64,000 bases of DNA from Thermaerobacter marianensis (lineage in GTDB: Bacteria > Bacillota > Sulfobacillia > DVGY01): NCBI GenBank assembly GCA_020724425.1, contig DYGY01000003.1, forward strand, positions 65,233 to 129,232. Reading direction: 5' to 3'. Position numbers and translations under genes: made by a program. This document shows positions 16,334 to 25,192 of the stretch, piece by piece (the stretch's first letter is position 1; each line of letters begins with the position of its first letter). The notes beneath the pieces were generated by a model. It had not been told where the DNA came from. It made no database searches and saw nothing but the letters and a program-made list of their open reading frames with translations.

Positions 16334-17476
16334 TTATCTACCTGCTGCCTTTAGAACATTCGCTTGATGATGATCCCTTAGCTCATTAGAAAAGTGAGTG
16401 GTACTGTTCCAAAAGTACAAATCGAAATGTCCATCAAACCCATTATTCGATATTGTCTGTACATCATGAGGCATAGCTGACATGGATGCAGCTAATACCC
16501 TTCCATTAGTGTGAACCAGTACTGGACGGGATGCCCACGTCCAACCCCCAAACAACCTTCTGATAGCTTCAGTGTCCTGATAGGTTAGTGGCTCACAATC
16601 AGCATGATTTGAACCACCCATATAGGTAATATTAAACTTTACTCCTGTCTGTAAATCCTCAATCACGGCAGTAGAGCCCACATTGAAAACCCAGCGAGCC
16701 CATTCCCAGTCCAGGAACTCACCATACCCACTAACCTGAGTGCCCTTAGGACCCTCCACATAAACAGCCTCACTCTTACCTACCGGAATATACAGAGGTT
16801 GTCCGGGCATCAGAATCCATGAGTTAAGTCTATTAGTCTCATAAATAGCGTTTACGGTAGTTCCATATTGAATGGCAATACCAGATAGAGTTTCACCTGT
16901 CTTAACTCTATGAAGTACTGAAGACTCTACAGAAGGTGCCTTTACTGTGCTTCCGGGAATAGCTAGAATCTGACCAATCCAGAGTTCCTCAGTATTTAAT
17001 CCATTAGCTCTCTTAATATCATCAACACTAACACCATACATCCCAGCAAGGCGATAAAGAGATTCACCTCTCTCCACTATATGCATACGCTCAAAGGGAA
17101 CTACTAACCTCTGACCGATACTTAACCAGTCAGAGCTAATGCGACTAGCGCTCTTGATATTAGAAACACTCACATTATGTCTTTGTGAGATTAAATAGAG
17201 AGTATCTCCAGCCTGAACATGATAGCGTATACCTTGATCTGTAGTCTTAACAGGAATCCTTAGATACTGCCCTACAGAAAGAGAATCCCTAGACAAATTA
17301 TTAACCTGTTTAATCTCTGCCACACTAGTTCCATACCTGTTAGCCAGTAACCAGAGAGTATCCCCCGACTTTACTGAATAGCCCAACAAACCACTACCAG
17401 CCCACGCTGTACCAGACATCCCTACAGCCATAACCATTGCTAAAACCATTACCGCAATCACCCGCCTCAACTTCAC
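16334..17476 (-). CDS. Secreted protein with four LysM domains and a conserved C-terminal domain
   Basis: Signal peptide; four V..G[DE][TS]L repeats; C-terminal HADCEP, AASM, GHFDLYF. Confidence 0.88.
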   Translation of the reverse strand: MKLRRVIAVMVLAMVMAVGMSGTAWAGSGLLGYSVKSGDTLWLLANRYGTSVAEIKQVNNLSRDSLSVGQYLRIPVKTTDQGIRYHVQAGDTLYLISQRHNVSVSNIKSASRISSDWLSIGQRLVVPFERMHIVERGESLYRLAGMYGVSVDDIKRANGLNTEELWIGQILAIPGSTVKAPSVESSVLHRVKTGETLSGIAIQYGTTVNAIYETNRLNSWILMPGQPLYIPVGKSEAVYVEGPKGTQVSGYGEFLDWEWARWVFNVGSTAVIEDLQTGVKFNITYMGGSNHADCEPLTYQDTEAIRRLFGGWTWASRPVLVHTNGRVLAASMSAMPHDVQTISNNGFDGHFDLYFWNSTTHFSNELRDHHQANVLKAAGR

Positions 17477-17575
17477 GGTTTCACTCCCTCCTTTTAGGAA
17501 ATATTACTTCTTATGGGAAATCTCCTAATCTTTTTCAACAAGGGAGTATTTAAACCCTTCAGGTAAATTGAGGCA

Positions 17576-17896
17576 CTATTCAGGTAACACTATCTTATCA
17601 ACTTCCAGCCAACGATCAACCACCCAGTTATGAACAAGAATTGAATGCTTAGGATTCTGATTAGGTCCTTTGGGGAAAAAAATGAACCGCAAACCTAACT
17701 TATCAGTAACCCCTACATCCTCTGAAGCTAACAGCCCTTCAACAATATCCTTAGCCGCCAAAGAAGCCTCTTCCTCAGACAAAACCACATCTAAAGCATC
17801 TTCTTTAAGCTTCATCTTCGCTAATATCCTAACTAACTCTTTTTCCACATACATACGATGCTTTACAAGTATCTCTACTAAACCAATACCATACAT
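17576..17896 (-). CDS. Hypothetical protein
   Basis: ORF with GGAGGTG RBS; no recognised motif. Confidence 0.6.
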   Translation of the reverse strand: MYGIGLVEILVKHRMYVEKELVRILAKMKLKEDALDVVLSEEEASLAAKDIVEGLLASEDVGVTDKLGLRFIFFPKGPNQNPKHSILVHNWVVDRWLEVDKIVLPE

Positions 17897-17918
17897 TATG
17901 ACTCACCTCCAAGAATAA

Positions 17919-17943
17919 AGGATTTATATCACTCACACTGAAT
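17919..17943 (+). promoter_or_regulatory. SigH-like promoter
   Basis: AGGA-N17-GAAT. Confidence 0.55.
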
Positions 17944-17978
17944 ATGTATAACCAGAACCCAGAGAAAGGAGGGTATAC

Positions 17979-18332
17979 ATGGACAAATGGGACATCAGAC
18001 GTATCTATCTCTACCTAGTAGCATTAATTACCCTCATAATGATTATTACAGGAACAGTCGGGGTATTGCAAGCCACCATAAATATTGCTTTGCCACAACC
18101 AACATCTCCAGACACCTATAAATGGAGAACTGAAGACTTAAAACGAACCGGAGAATATACAGACGAGCAAATTCAACAACTGATTAAAGAACAACAAGCG
18201 TTTGACCAACAATATTCAACCTACTGGGAATGGAAGAGGCTAATAGAAAAGCTGGTACTAGTCCTGGTAGCTATGCCAGTATATTGGTACCACTGGAGAC
18301 TCATAAATAAATCTGAAGCCAAACTAAGCTAG
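17979..18332 (+). CDS. Two-TM membrane protein (DUF5671-like)
   Basis: IRRIYLYLVALITL and PVYWYHW motifs; strong RBS. Confidence 0.75.
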   Translation: MDKWDIRRIYLYLVALITLIMIITGTVGVLQATINIALPQPTSPDTYKWRTEDLKRTGEYTDEQIQQLIKEQQAFDQQYSTYWEWKRLIEKLVLVLVAMPVYWYHWRLINKSEAKLS

Positions 18333-19430
18333 GGGCCACCGGCCCCTCTTCACTTTCCAAAACTTCACTATCGCCAGCATGACAAAAAGAGGAATGAAAA
18401 TCATCGCTACTGAGCCCCCCTGATACATAAGATACTCATGATAAGTTACAGGAATCGCTAGCCCCATACTAAAGACTAGAAGCGAGATACCCACTAACCA
18501 ATATCCAATCTTTTGCGTCTTAAAGATACGATCAAGGATATATGCTGCAGAAAAGCCCATAGCAGCCATAGAAAGAAACGTATTTAACTGAAAGATAATT
18601 AGTGCTACCGCATCCCAACGTTCTATCGGAAAAAATGGCAGTACTAAGGTTCCTAACAACGGTTGAACAGGATCTATAAAAGCTCTGGCAGCCTTAGGTC
18701 CATATACAAGTATGGGCAAGTTGGTTAGGATAAGTAGCTGAGTCCAGCCGACAAGACCACCCAAAGCCAAATACTTGAAAGCACCCTTTATGGTCTGTGC
18801 CCAATACAAGAAAACAGCAACTGCCCAGACAAACCTGAAAGTCTGCATACTAACCAAAAATGCCTGGGAACCAAAATAGATCTCCTCCCATTGTCCTAAA
18901 GGCAAAAGATACCCTATATCCTTGATTCTCCAAGCCAGGATAATTATAAGGATCATATTTAGCGAAACAATTGCTAAGAAGAAAGGAGCAGCTCTAGCTA
19001 TTCGAATTGGTCCATTCCAAGCTAGATAACCAAATAAGACTAATTCAAGCAAAAATATTGCCCACAAAGGAGTTAGATGAAAAAAAGCGTTATATACCAC
19101 AACACCGTTCAATACCAGATCACATGCAACACAAAGAATCATAAAAGTTGCTAGAAACAACAGAAAAGCAATTCCTAACCTCCTGCCCAACAAAGCTTCA
19201 ACCACATCGATAAATTCTAAAGGCTTCTCACCCCTATCTGGAGTGACTAAATAAACAATTAAAGCTATAAGAAATAAGCCTAATAGCAAAGCAATCAGAG
19301 AAACAAACCAGGCCATCTGCCCGCCGGCAGCGATAGAACTGATAGGTGTCACCAACCAGGACCCACAGATTACCCCTACTGCCATTAATGTAAAGAGCTG
19401 TACTGGTGTAATCTCCGGTCTAGAAAACAT
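18324..19430 (-). CDS. Spore germination receptor B subunit (GerAB family)
   Basis: About 10 TM segments, YGP, IERWD; third gene of ger operon. Confidence 0.8.
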   Translation of the reverse strand: MFSRPEITPVQLFTLMAVGVICGSWLVTPISSIAAGGQMAWFVSLIALLLGLFLIALIVYLVTPDRGEKPLEFIDVVEALLGRRLGIAFLLFLATFMILCVACDLVLNGVVVYNAFFHLTPLWAIFLLELVLFGYLAWNGPIRIARAAPFFLAIVSLNMILIIILAWRIKDIGYLLPLGQWEEIYFGSQAFLVSMQTFRFVWAVAVFLYWAQTIKGAFKYLALGGLVGWTQLLILTNLPILVYGPKAARAFIDPVQPLLGTLVLPFFPIERWDAVALIIFQLNTFLSMAAMGFSAAYILDRIFKTQKIGYWLVGISLLVFSMGLAIPVTYHEYLMYQGGSVAMIFIPLFVMLAIVKFWKVKRGRWPLA

Positions 19431-19441
19431 TATTCACTCTC

Positions 19442-20551
19442 CTATCTAACTCTATTCTCAGAAACGATAGTGACCTTCACTTCTGTTTTATGCTCTAATT
19501 CCCTATATTTCTTATGCCAGTCAACTAAATATGGACTATGGGGATCCTTCCGACGGAGTCTCTCCCCAAACCCAAGTGGATCAGACTCAAAACTCTGAAG
19601 TTTTGCAATCATTTTTATAACACTCTCAGCTATTGCATTCTCTAACATCTTTTCCATTTCTATAAAGGTATAATCCAAACCTACACCTTTAGGTGCAGTC
19701 TCTCGGAGAATAAAATCAATGCTCAAAGTAGTAGTCAAGATTGGAACACCATCTTGATTAATGATAACCCCGTGTTCACCCTCTATTCCAGAAAGACGAC
19801 CTGCAATCCAGCCCTCATCAGCCGGCAAGTTCAGCATAAAAGCAGTATATCTGTATGGCTTAGAATGTAAAAACATATGTAAAAGAGCTGTTTCTTCCGG
19901 ATCCAGCCAACCTACTAACCTGCCATCCGTAGAAATAGCAGCACCATCATAATTCATACCGTAAATTTCATCGGTAACCCTAGGCATAATCCAATCTTGA
20001 TAATCCGTAAAACTAGTACGCCAGTATTCCCAGAGACGAATTTCCAATGCCTCAAGACTCCTATTATATGTTCCCTCAAACGCATGGTATAAGAATAAGA
20101 TAGGGATAGCCTCAGCCGGTGTCTCGGCCTTAATTACCTCTTCCGCTGTACCTTCCGCAATAGCAACATAAGCACGCGTAGCTATTTCTCTAGACTTAAC
20201 TAGCCATTGTAACTGATCAAGACCCTCTTTAGCTAACTCTTCGCCAATTATGATAAGCTTTACATGTCCTAAGCGTATACCCCTGCTCAAATTAGCAGCT
20301 ATAGAGTTCAAAGCTGACTCAATACTATCCCCTTCTCCGCTGACATTTCGATAAACAACCCCACCACCTTCAGGGCCACCCTGACCACCAACATGACTGA
20401 TGATAAACTGAGTAGTTACCCTATAGCGTGTAGTATCCCCCTTGTCAATTCCTAATGCCAATACTATGACATGCTTATCAACATCCTGATAATCCCAACA
20501 GCCACTAAGAGATAGACCTAGTAATATAATTAAAAGAACAAGCTTTTTCAC
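19442..20551 (-). CDS. Spore germination receptor C subunit lipoprotein (Ger(x)C)
   Basis: Lipobox LSGCWD, LGIDK, IIIGEELAK, DPLGFG. Confidence 0.92.
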   Translation of the reverse strand: MKKLVLLIILLGLSLSGCWDYQDVDKHVIVLALGIDKGDTTRYRVTTQFIISHVGGQGGPEGGGVVYRNVSGEGDSIESALNSIAANLSRGIRLGHVKLIIIGEELAKEGLDQLQWLVKSREIATRAYVAIAEGTAEEVIKAETPAEAIPILFLYHAFEGTYNRSLEALEIRLWEYWRTSFTDYQDWIMPRVTDEIYGMNYDGAAISTDGRLVGWLDPEETALLHMFLHSKPYRYTAFMLNLPADEGWIAGRLSGIEGEHGVIINQDGVPILTTTLSIDFILRETAPKGVGLDYTFIEMEKMLENAIAESVIKMIAKLQSFESDPLGFGERLRRKDPHSPYLVDWHKKYRELEHKTEVKVTIVSENRVR

Positions 20552-22152
20552 TCCTCTTCCTCCCTGTTGGGAAAAGGTTGCTTATGTGTATACTCCTGCC
20601 AATCAGATTGTCTACCACTAATTTTCTGTTTGGCCTTAAAAATACTAGGCCTCCGAATTTCCTTCCACCACGGCCTTCTAACCTGAATATCATTCGCTAG
20701 CCCCACTGTTGGTGGACTAACAGGAGATAAATACGGTACACCATAAGTTTCCAGGCTATTCAGATATATGAAAAGCAGATAAAGACCAGCAAACATTCCA
20801 TAAATACCAAATATCGCTGATAACCCTATAATCAACCAGCGAAAAGCCCTCCAACCTAGAGCATTGTGATAGGCAGTTAGAACACCGATACCAACAGCTG
20901 AAGCAGCAACGAAGATAATAGTTAATCCAGAGACAAAACGGGCCTGAACAATAGCCTGACCAACTATCAAAGCACCTACAATTGTAATAGCAGTACTCAT
21001 TCGCTCAGGCATTCTAAAAATAGCTTCAAGAAGTATTTCCATCACCAGCTCAAGTAAAATAATCTCTAGAACAGCAGGGAATGGAACCCCAGTCCTTGTA
21101 CCAATTACCGTAGTGACAAAATCAACAGGGATAATATCCGGATTATAGCCACTTACACTAATATACAAAGAAGAGGCAATCAAAACCAAGAACCAACCGA
21201 TGAATCTGATACTACGTAACATAAAAGTAACTGTGGGGGTATGTTCATAGTCTTCAGCCGACTGAAAATTACTCCAAAAAGTAGTGGGGATGATAATGAC
21301 ATGACTAGACCCATCAACTAGCAATGCAACAGTACCCATTGCTAATCCACTCACTACCGCATCAGGCCGCTCCGTAGTCCTAGTCATGGAAAAAATCCTG
21401 TTTCTAGGTCCAACTAACATTTCTTCCAATCTGCCTGGCCCGATGATAATGTCAATATCAATGCTCTTGAGCTGCTTAATCACCCTGATGGGTAATTCCT
21501 GTTGAGCTAAGTCTTTAGTCCATAAAACAGCCACCCTAGTTTTGCTTCTTCTGCCAACCTGGATGAAACGTACCATTAAGTTAGGATCTAAGTATCTCTT
21601 ACGAATAATTGATAGGTTTTGGTCTATACCATCAGTGAAGCCTTCACTGGCACCAAACAGGGTAGCTTCACGCTTAGGTATAGAAACTGCTCTCTGTTCA
21701 GGCCCCTGGACGTCACATACAATAGCCTGACTATGACCCTCTAGAACAATCAGAGCCATACCCGATAAAACAGCCTGGGAAATCTCTTTACCCCTCAAAA
21801 CTACTTCAGTATCCTTAACCGATAGATATCTACGAAGATCCTCAACAATATGATCAGCTACCTCCGTCGAGAATGTTTGCAGAGATCTTAGTACCTCCCT
21901 CTCTAGTTCTTCGCTGCTAACCATACTATCTACGTAAATGATAGCCACATTGCCGGGAAATCCCTTTAAAGACACATACTTTGTCTTTACATCCTCACTT
22001 TTACCCAAGACACCATAAATCAAAGAAAGGTCCTTAGACCAGTCACCGGATAACTTCTTAACCAAAAGATAATGACTGCTAGGAATCTTTGCCTGCAAAT
22101 CCTCTACAATCAGTTTTGTCAGCTGTAAATCTGAAAGCAATTGTTTTAACAT
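20548..22152 (-). CDS. Spore germination receptor A subunit (GerA family); operon order A-C-B
   Basis: EGF, TERPD, VDGS, RTGVPFP, IVGALIVGQAIV, YGVPYLSP. Confidence 0.93.
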   Translation of the reverse strand: MLKQLLSDLQLTKLIVEDLQAKIPSSHYLLVKKLSGDWSKDLSLIYGVLGKSEDVKTKYVSLKGFPGNVAIIYVDSMVSSEELEREVLRSLQTFSTEVADHIVEDLRRYLSVKDTEVVLRGKEISQAVLSGMALIVLEGHSQAIVCDVQGPEQRAVSIPKREATLFGASEGFTDGIDQNLSIIRKRYLDPNLMVRFIQVGRRSKTRVAVLWTKDLAQQELPIRVIKQLKSIDIDIIIGPGRLEEMLVGPRNRIFSMTRTTERPDAVVSGLAMGTVALLVDGSSHVIIIPTTFWSNFQSAEDYEHTPTVTFMLRSIRFIGWFLVLIASSLYISVSGYNPDIIPVDFVTTVIGTRTGVPFPAVLEIILLELVMEILLEAIFRMPERMSTAITIVGALIVGQAIVQARFVSGLTIIFVAASAVGIGVLTAYHNALGWRAFRWLIIGLSAIFGIYGMFAGLYLLFIYLNSLETYGVPYLSPVSPPTVGLANDIQVRRPWWKEIRRPSIFKAKQKISGRQSDWQEYTHKQPFPNREEEE

Positions 22153-22169
22153 TTATCTCACCTGTTTGT

Positions 22170-22199
22170 TAATATACCCAAAGGGCAAAAAAAAATGGC
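22170..22199 (-). promoter_or_regulatory. SigF/SigG-like promoter of ger operon
   Basis: GCCAT-N15-GGGTATATTA. Confidence 0.45.
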
Positions 22200-22214
22200 C
22201 CCAAAGGAGCCTCA

Positions 22215-23801
22215 TTAAATAACCGACCAATCATGGTGATAAAAAATATAAAGCAAGTATCGAGCTCTTGAACCACCGACATAGACATCTTGTTTGGTAC
22301 AGACCTGGCTTTCCTTAATACCAATAAGGAAAACTATATCTGCTTCCAGACCTTTAAAAGATCTGATAGTCGAGAACTTTAGCCCGGTCCCCCTTTCACT
22401 TATATCTTCTAAGGTCCACTCCTTGATTCTATCAACATTTGCTAGAGAACTCTTCTCTTTCCTATGAGGGCTGAGAATAGTTATCCTTTTGGGTGAAATT
22501 CCCTGACTAACTAACCTGCCAATCTCCCTTTCAATAAGTCTCTTCTCTTCAGCTTCATCTTTCCAGGGAAAGTAGGAGACAGGCAGTCCCCCATGAAGAA
22601 TAGGTTGCAAATATTCTCTAGGCACAAATCTAGTAATCCAATCATTAATTGCTTCAGTATTTCGTAAGTTTCTTGTCAGCCTATGCTTAGATATCTCCAT
22701 TTTCCAGGTATTTGCTGAATCAGTATTAAACAGATTCTGGTCAGGATCAGCAAAGATATAAAACTCGCCATCATCCTTCAACATACTCTCTAATACTGTA
22801 ACCCAGGCCTCCTTGAAATCCTGCCCTTCATCAACAACAATTGCATCAAACTTCTCCTCACTAGAACCATTAGAAAAATAGTCGAATGCTTGATTTGGCA
22901 ATTCCTCATCATAATATTGCTGAAGATTATCTAAAGGTGTATGTAAGCCCAAGAATTCCTCAAGATAGTCATGGAAGTTCCCAACTATGACACCCCTTAA
23001 TCTCTCTGAGAGAACATACCTTGCTAGATTACGATTATAGCAGGTCAAAAAAACCTTCTTGCCTTCATTACTCAGTCTTTGAGCTTTTTCCATTGCCAGA
23101 AAGGTCTTACCTGTACCTGCAGCACCTAGAAAGATTTTCCTCTTATCTAGTTCAGTCTCTCTTAAAATCCTTTCCTGTTCTTCGGCTAGCACCTTAGTAG
23201 CTTTACTTTTAAACATCTCAATCTGGTGATCCAACCTAGTAGAAACCTTAAAAGAAGGTGCGAGTATCTTATCAACAAGAATTCGTTCTTCCCTATCATG
23301 TCGCCTATCCTTACCATCAAAAAGACCTAGCAACTTCAGTTCAAGATTGTCTAGATCAGCAAACAGAAATATACTATTCTCAGTTAGATCCGCTGGTAAA
23401 TCTCCTGAAATACTAGTAGATTCAGGAAAAGCTACAGCATACCTGACCTTTAACGGGAAATATCCAAAACCTTTTTCCCCATACTTGCGCAGAATATTAT
23501 GCATAGCTCTTTTAGCCTGCTCCACAGGATTCTTATGTAACGGACGATATGTTCCTTGATAGTCCTCTAACCATTGACCCTGGTGATAGCTGACATAACC
23601 ATTCTTAACCTCCACCGTAGCAAAACCAAGAGCCGGATGAGTTATGACAAAGTCTATCTCCCAGACACTCTCATCCTGCTTATATGCATATGAGTACATC
23701 ACCGTATACTCATCGGGCAGCTTCTTGGCTGCTTCATAGAAAGCTCTTTCTCCATAGTTCTTAATGGTATCAGGATTAATATCAGGAATCAATCTTGCCA
23801 T
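22215..23801 (-). CDS. NERD (PD-(D/E)xK) nuclease fused to SF1/UvrD-like helicase
   Basis: EIDF..EVK; Walker A GAAGTGKT; DEGQD; TIRSFKGLE; YVGGSRA. Confidence 0.88.
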   Translation of the reverse strand: MARLIPDINPDTIKNYGERAFYEAAKKLPDEYTVMYSYAYKQDESVWEIDFVITHPALGFATVEVKNGYVSYHQGQWLEDYQGTYRPLHKNPVEQAKRAMHNILRKYGEKGFGYFPLKVRYAVAFPESTSISGDLPADLTENSIFLFADLDNLELKLLGLFDGKDRRHDREERILVDKILAPSFKVSTRLDHQIEMFKSKATKVLAEEQERILRETELDKRKIFLGAAGTGKTFLAMEKAQRLSNEGKKVFLTCYNRNLARYVLSERLRGVIVGNFHDYLEEFLGLHTPLDNLQQYYDEELPNQAFDYFSNGSSEEKFDAIVVDEGQDFKEAWVTVLESMLKDDGEFYIFADPDQNLFNTDSANTWKMEISKHRLTRNLRNTEAINDWITRFVPREYLQPILHGGLPVSYFPWKDEAEEKRLIEREIGRLVSQGISPKRITILSPHRKEKSSLANVDRIKEWTLEDISERGTGLKFSTIRSFKGLEADIVFLIGIKESQVCTKQDVYVGGSRARYLLYIFYHHDWSVI

Positions 23802-23892
23802 AATTCGCCACTCCTAATAGGCTAGTTACAACATAATTGGCTCTTGCTCCATATATCTCCTGCCAAAAAAGAAAAGCTATGGAAAACCATAG

Positions 23893-25026
23893 CTAAATCT
23901 CAACAAGCTCTTTAATACTCTTTGTCAAAGGTCTGAAGCCATCTGCAGTAACATGAACCGTATCCTCTAATCTTGCTGCACCCCTGCCACTAACAGACAG
24001 GATTGGATGTCCTAATGCAAGAACCATGTTCTCTCTTACTTCAATAACACTATCTCGAGGAAAGATTGTAGGCATAGGTGTCTCTTCAAAAGCCAAACCG
24101 AGACTGTGACTGAAACCCCCTAGATAATACTTTCCTAAATCATGAGCAGCATAATGTTTCTTTACTATTTGATCTAACTGATTTATTTTAATTCCCGGTC
24201 TTAAGGCTTCAAGGACAAGTCTCTGTGCCTCCTGCTGAATTTCATATAGCTGTTTTTGTTCTTGAGTAGCCTTTCCGACAACAACAGTTCTAGCCAGATT
24301 AGAACCATAACCTTCAACCTTAGGTCCAAGATTTATTACGATTACATCATCTGCTTCAATAGTTTTCGCTGTAGCATTGCCATGCAGAGAGTATGCTCTA
24401 ATACCCGAATTAATGAAGGTGGGAAAGCTTGTGCTCTCAGCACCCTCTTTTCGCATAAAGTACTCAACTTCTGCAGCCAGCTCATTTTCAGTTAACCCCC
24501 GGTCAAGGTTGTCCCTCAAAACCTCTAATGCTTTCTTAAGAGCAGCATCAGCAATATTAGAAGCCTTCTCTATTCTAGCAATCTCTTCAGGTGACTTAAT
24601 CATTCTCAAAGCAAAAAAGAGATCATTACCGTTAACCATCTCAACCTGTGGATTTGTCCTCTTAAACCTATCAAGCAAAAAGTATGGTACCGAAAAGAGA
24701 TATTCAACAGCAACCTTCTCAAATTTCTCATCAGCAAAATAATCATGAACTGCCTTCATCATCTCTCCCACATGATTATATGTTCTGATATCCTTGACCC
24801 AGGTTACCAAAGAGACCTCTTTTCTTTCCTGAGTAAAAATAATTAATATGGGTTCACCTTCAGCAGGAATAATTGCTCTTGGTTGATGTCTTAGATCACC
24901 AATAAAATACCTGTAATTCTCATGAGTGAGAATTAGGAAAGCCTGTAAGCCTTTGCTCCTAAGCATTTCCTGTAGTTTGGCCACACGTTCCCTATAAATT
25001 TCAACCTTGATTGGAGAAAGATCCAT
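23893..25026 (-). CDS. M24 (Xaa-Pro peptidase/creatinase) fold protein with altered metal ligands
   Basis: LRMIKSPEEI, TENEL, RLEDTV; canonical Asp ligands replaced by Asn. Confidence 0.85.
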   Translation of the reverse strand: MDLSPIKVEIYRERVAKLQEMLRSKGLQAFLILTHENYRYFIGDLRHQPRAIIPAEGEPILIIFTQERKEVSLVTWVKDIRTYNHVGEMMKAVHDYFADEKFEKVAVEYLFSVPYFLLDRFKRTNPQVEMVNGNDLFFALRMIKSPEEIARIEKASNIADAALKKALEVLRDNLDRGLTENELAAEVEYFMRKEGAESTSFPTFINSGIRAYSLHGNATAKTIEADDVIVINLGPKVEGYGSNLARTVVVGKATQEQKQLYEIQQEAQRLVLEALRPGIKINQLDQIVKKHYAAHDLGKYYLGGFSHSLGLAFEETPMPTIFPRDSVIEVRENMVLALGHPILSVSGRGAARLEDTVHVTADGFRPLTKSIKELVEI

Positions 25027-25047
25027 ATACTAACCTCCATCTTAGAC

Positions 25048-25063
25048 TGTGATAGAAATCACA
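25048..25063. promoter_or_regulatory. Crp/Fnr-family box
   Basis: Perfect TGTGA-N6-TCACA between the M24 gene and qNor. Confidence 0.8.
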
Positions 25064-25192
25064 TCATCTGTATGACTTATACCCATGGTACAAGTAATAT
25101 CTCTCATAGTTTGTTTATCCCTTACAGCTTAACATAAGACTAAAGCCTTTGCACTCCGGCTTAGAACAATTTTCAAGGAGGGAGCTAGTTTT

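Noticed and set aside
25100-25150. OmpR-type repeats upstream of qNor similar to those at narG
   Set aside because: CTTAC/CTTAAC words are not at 11-bp spacing
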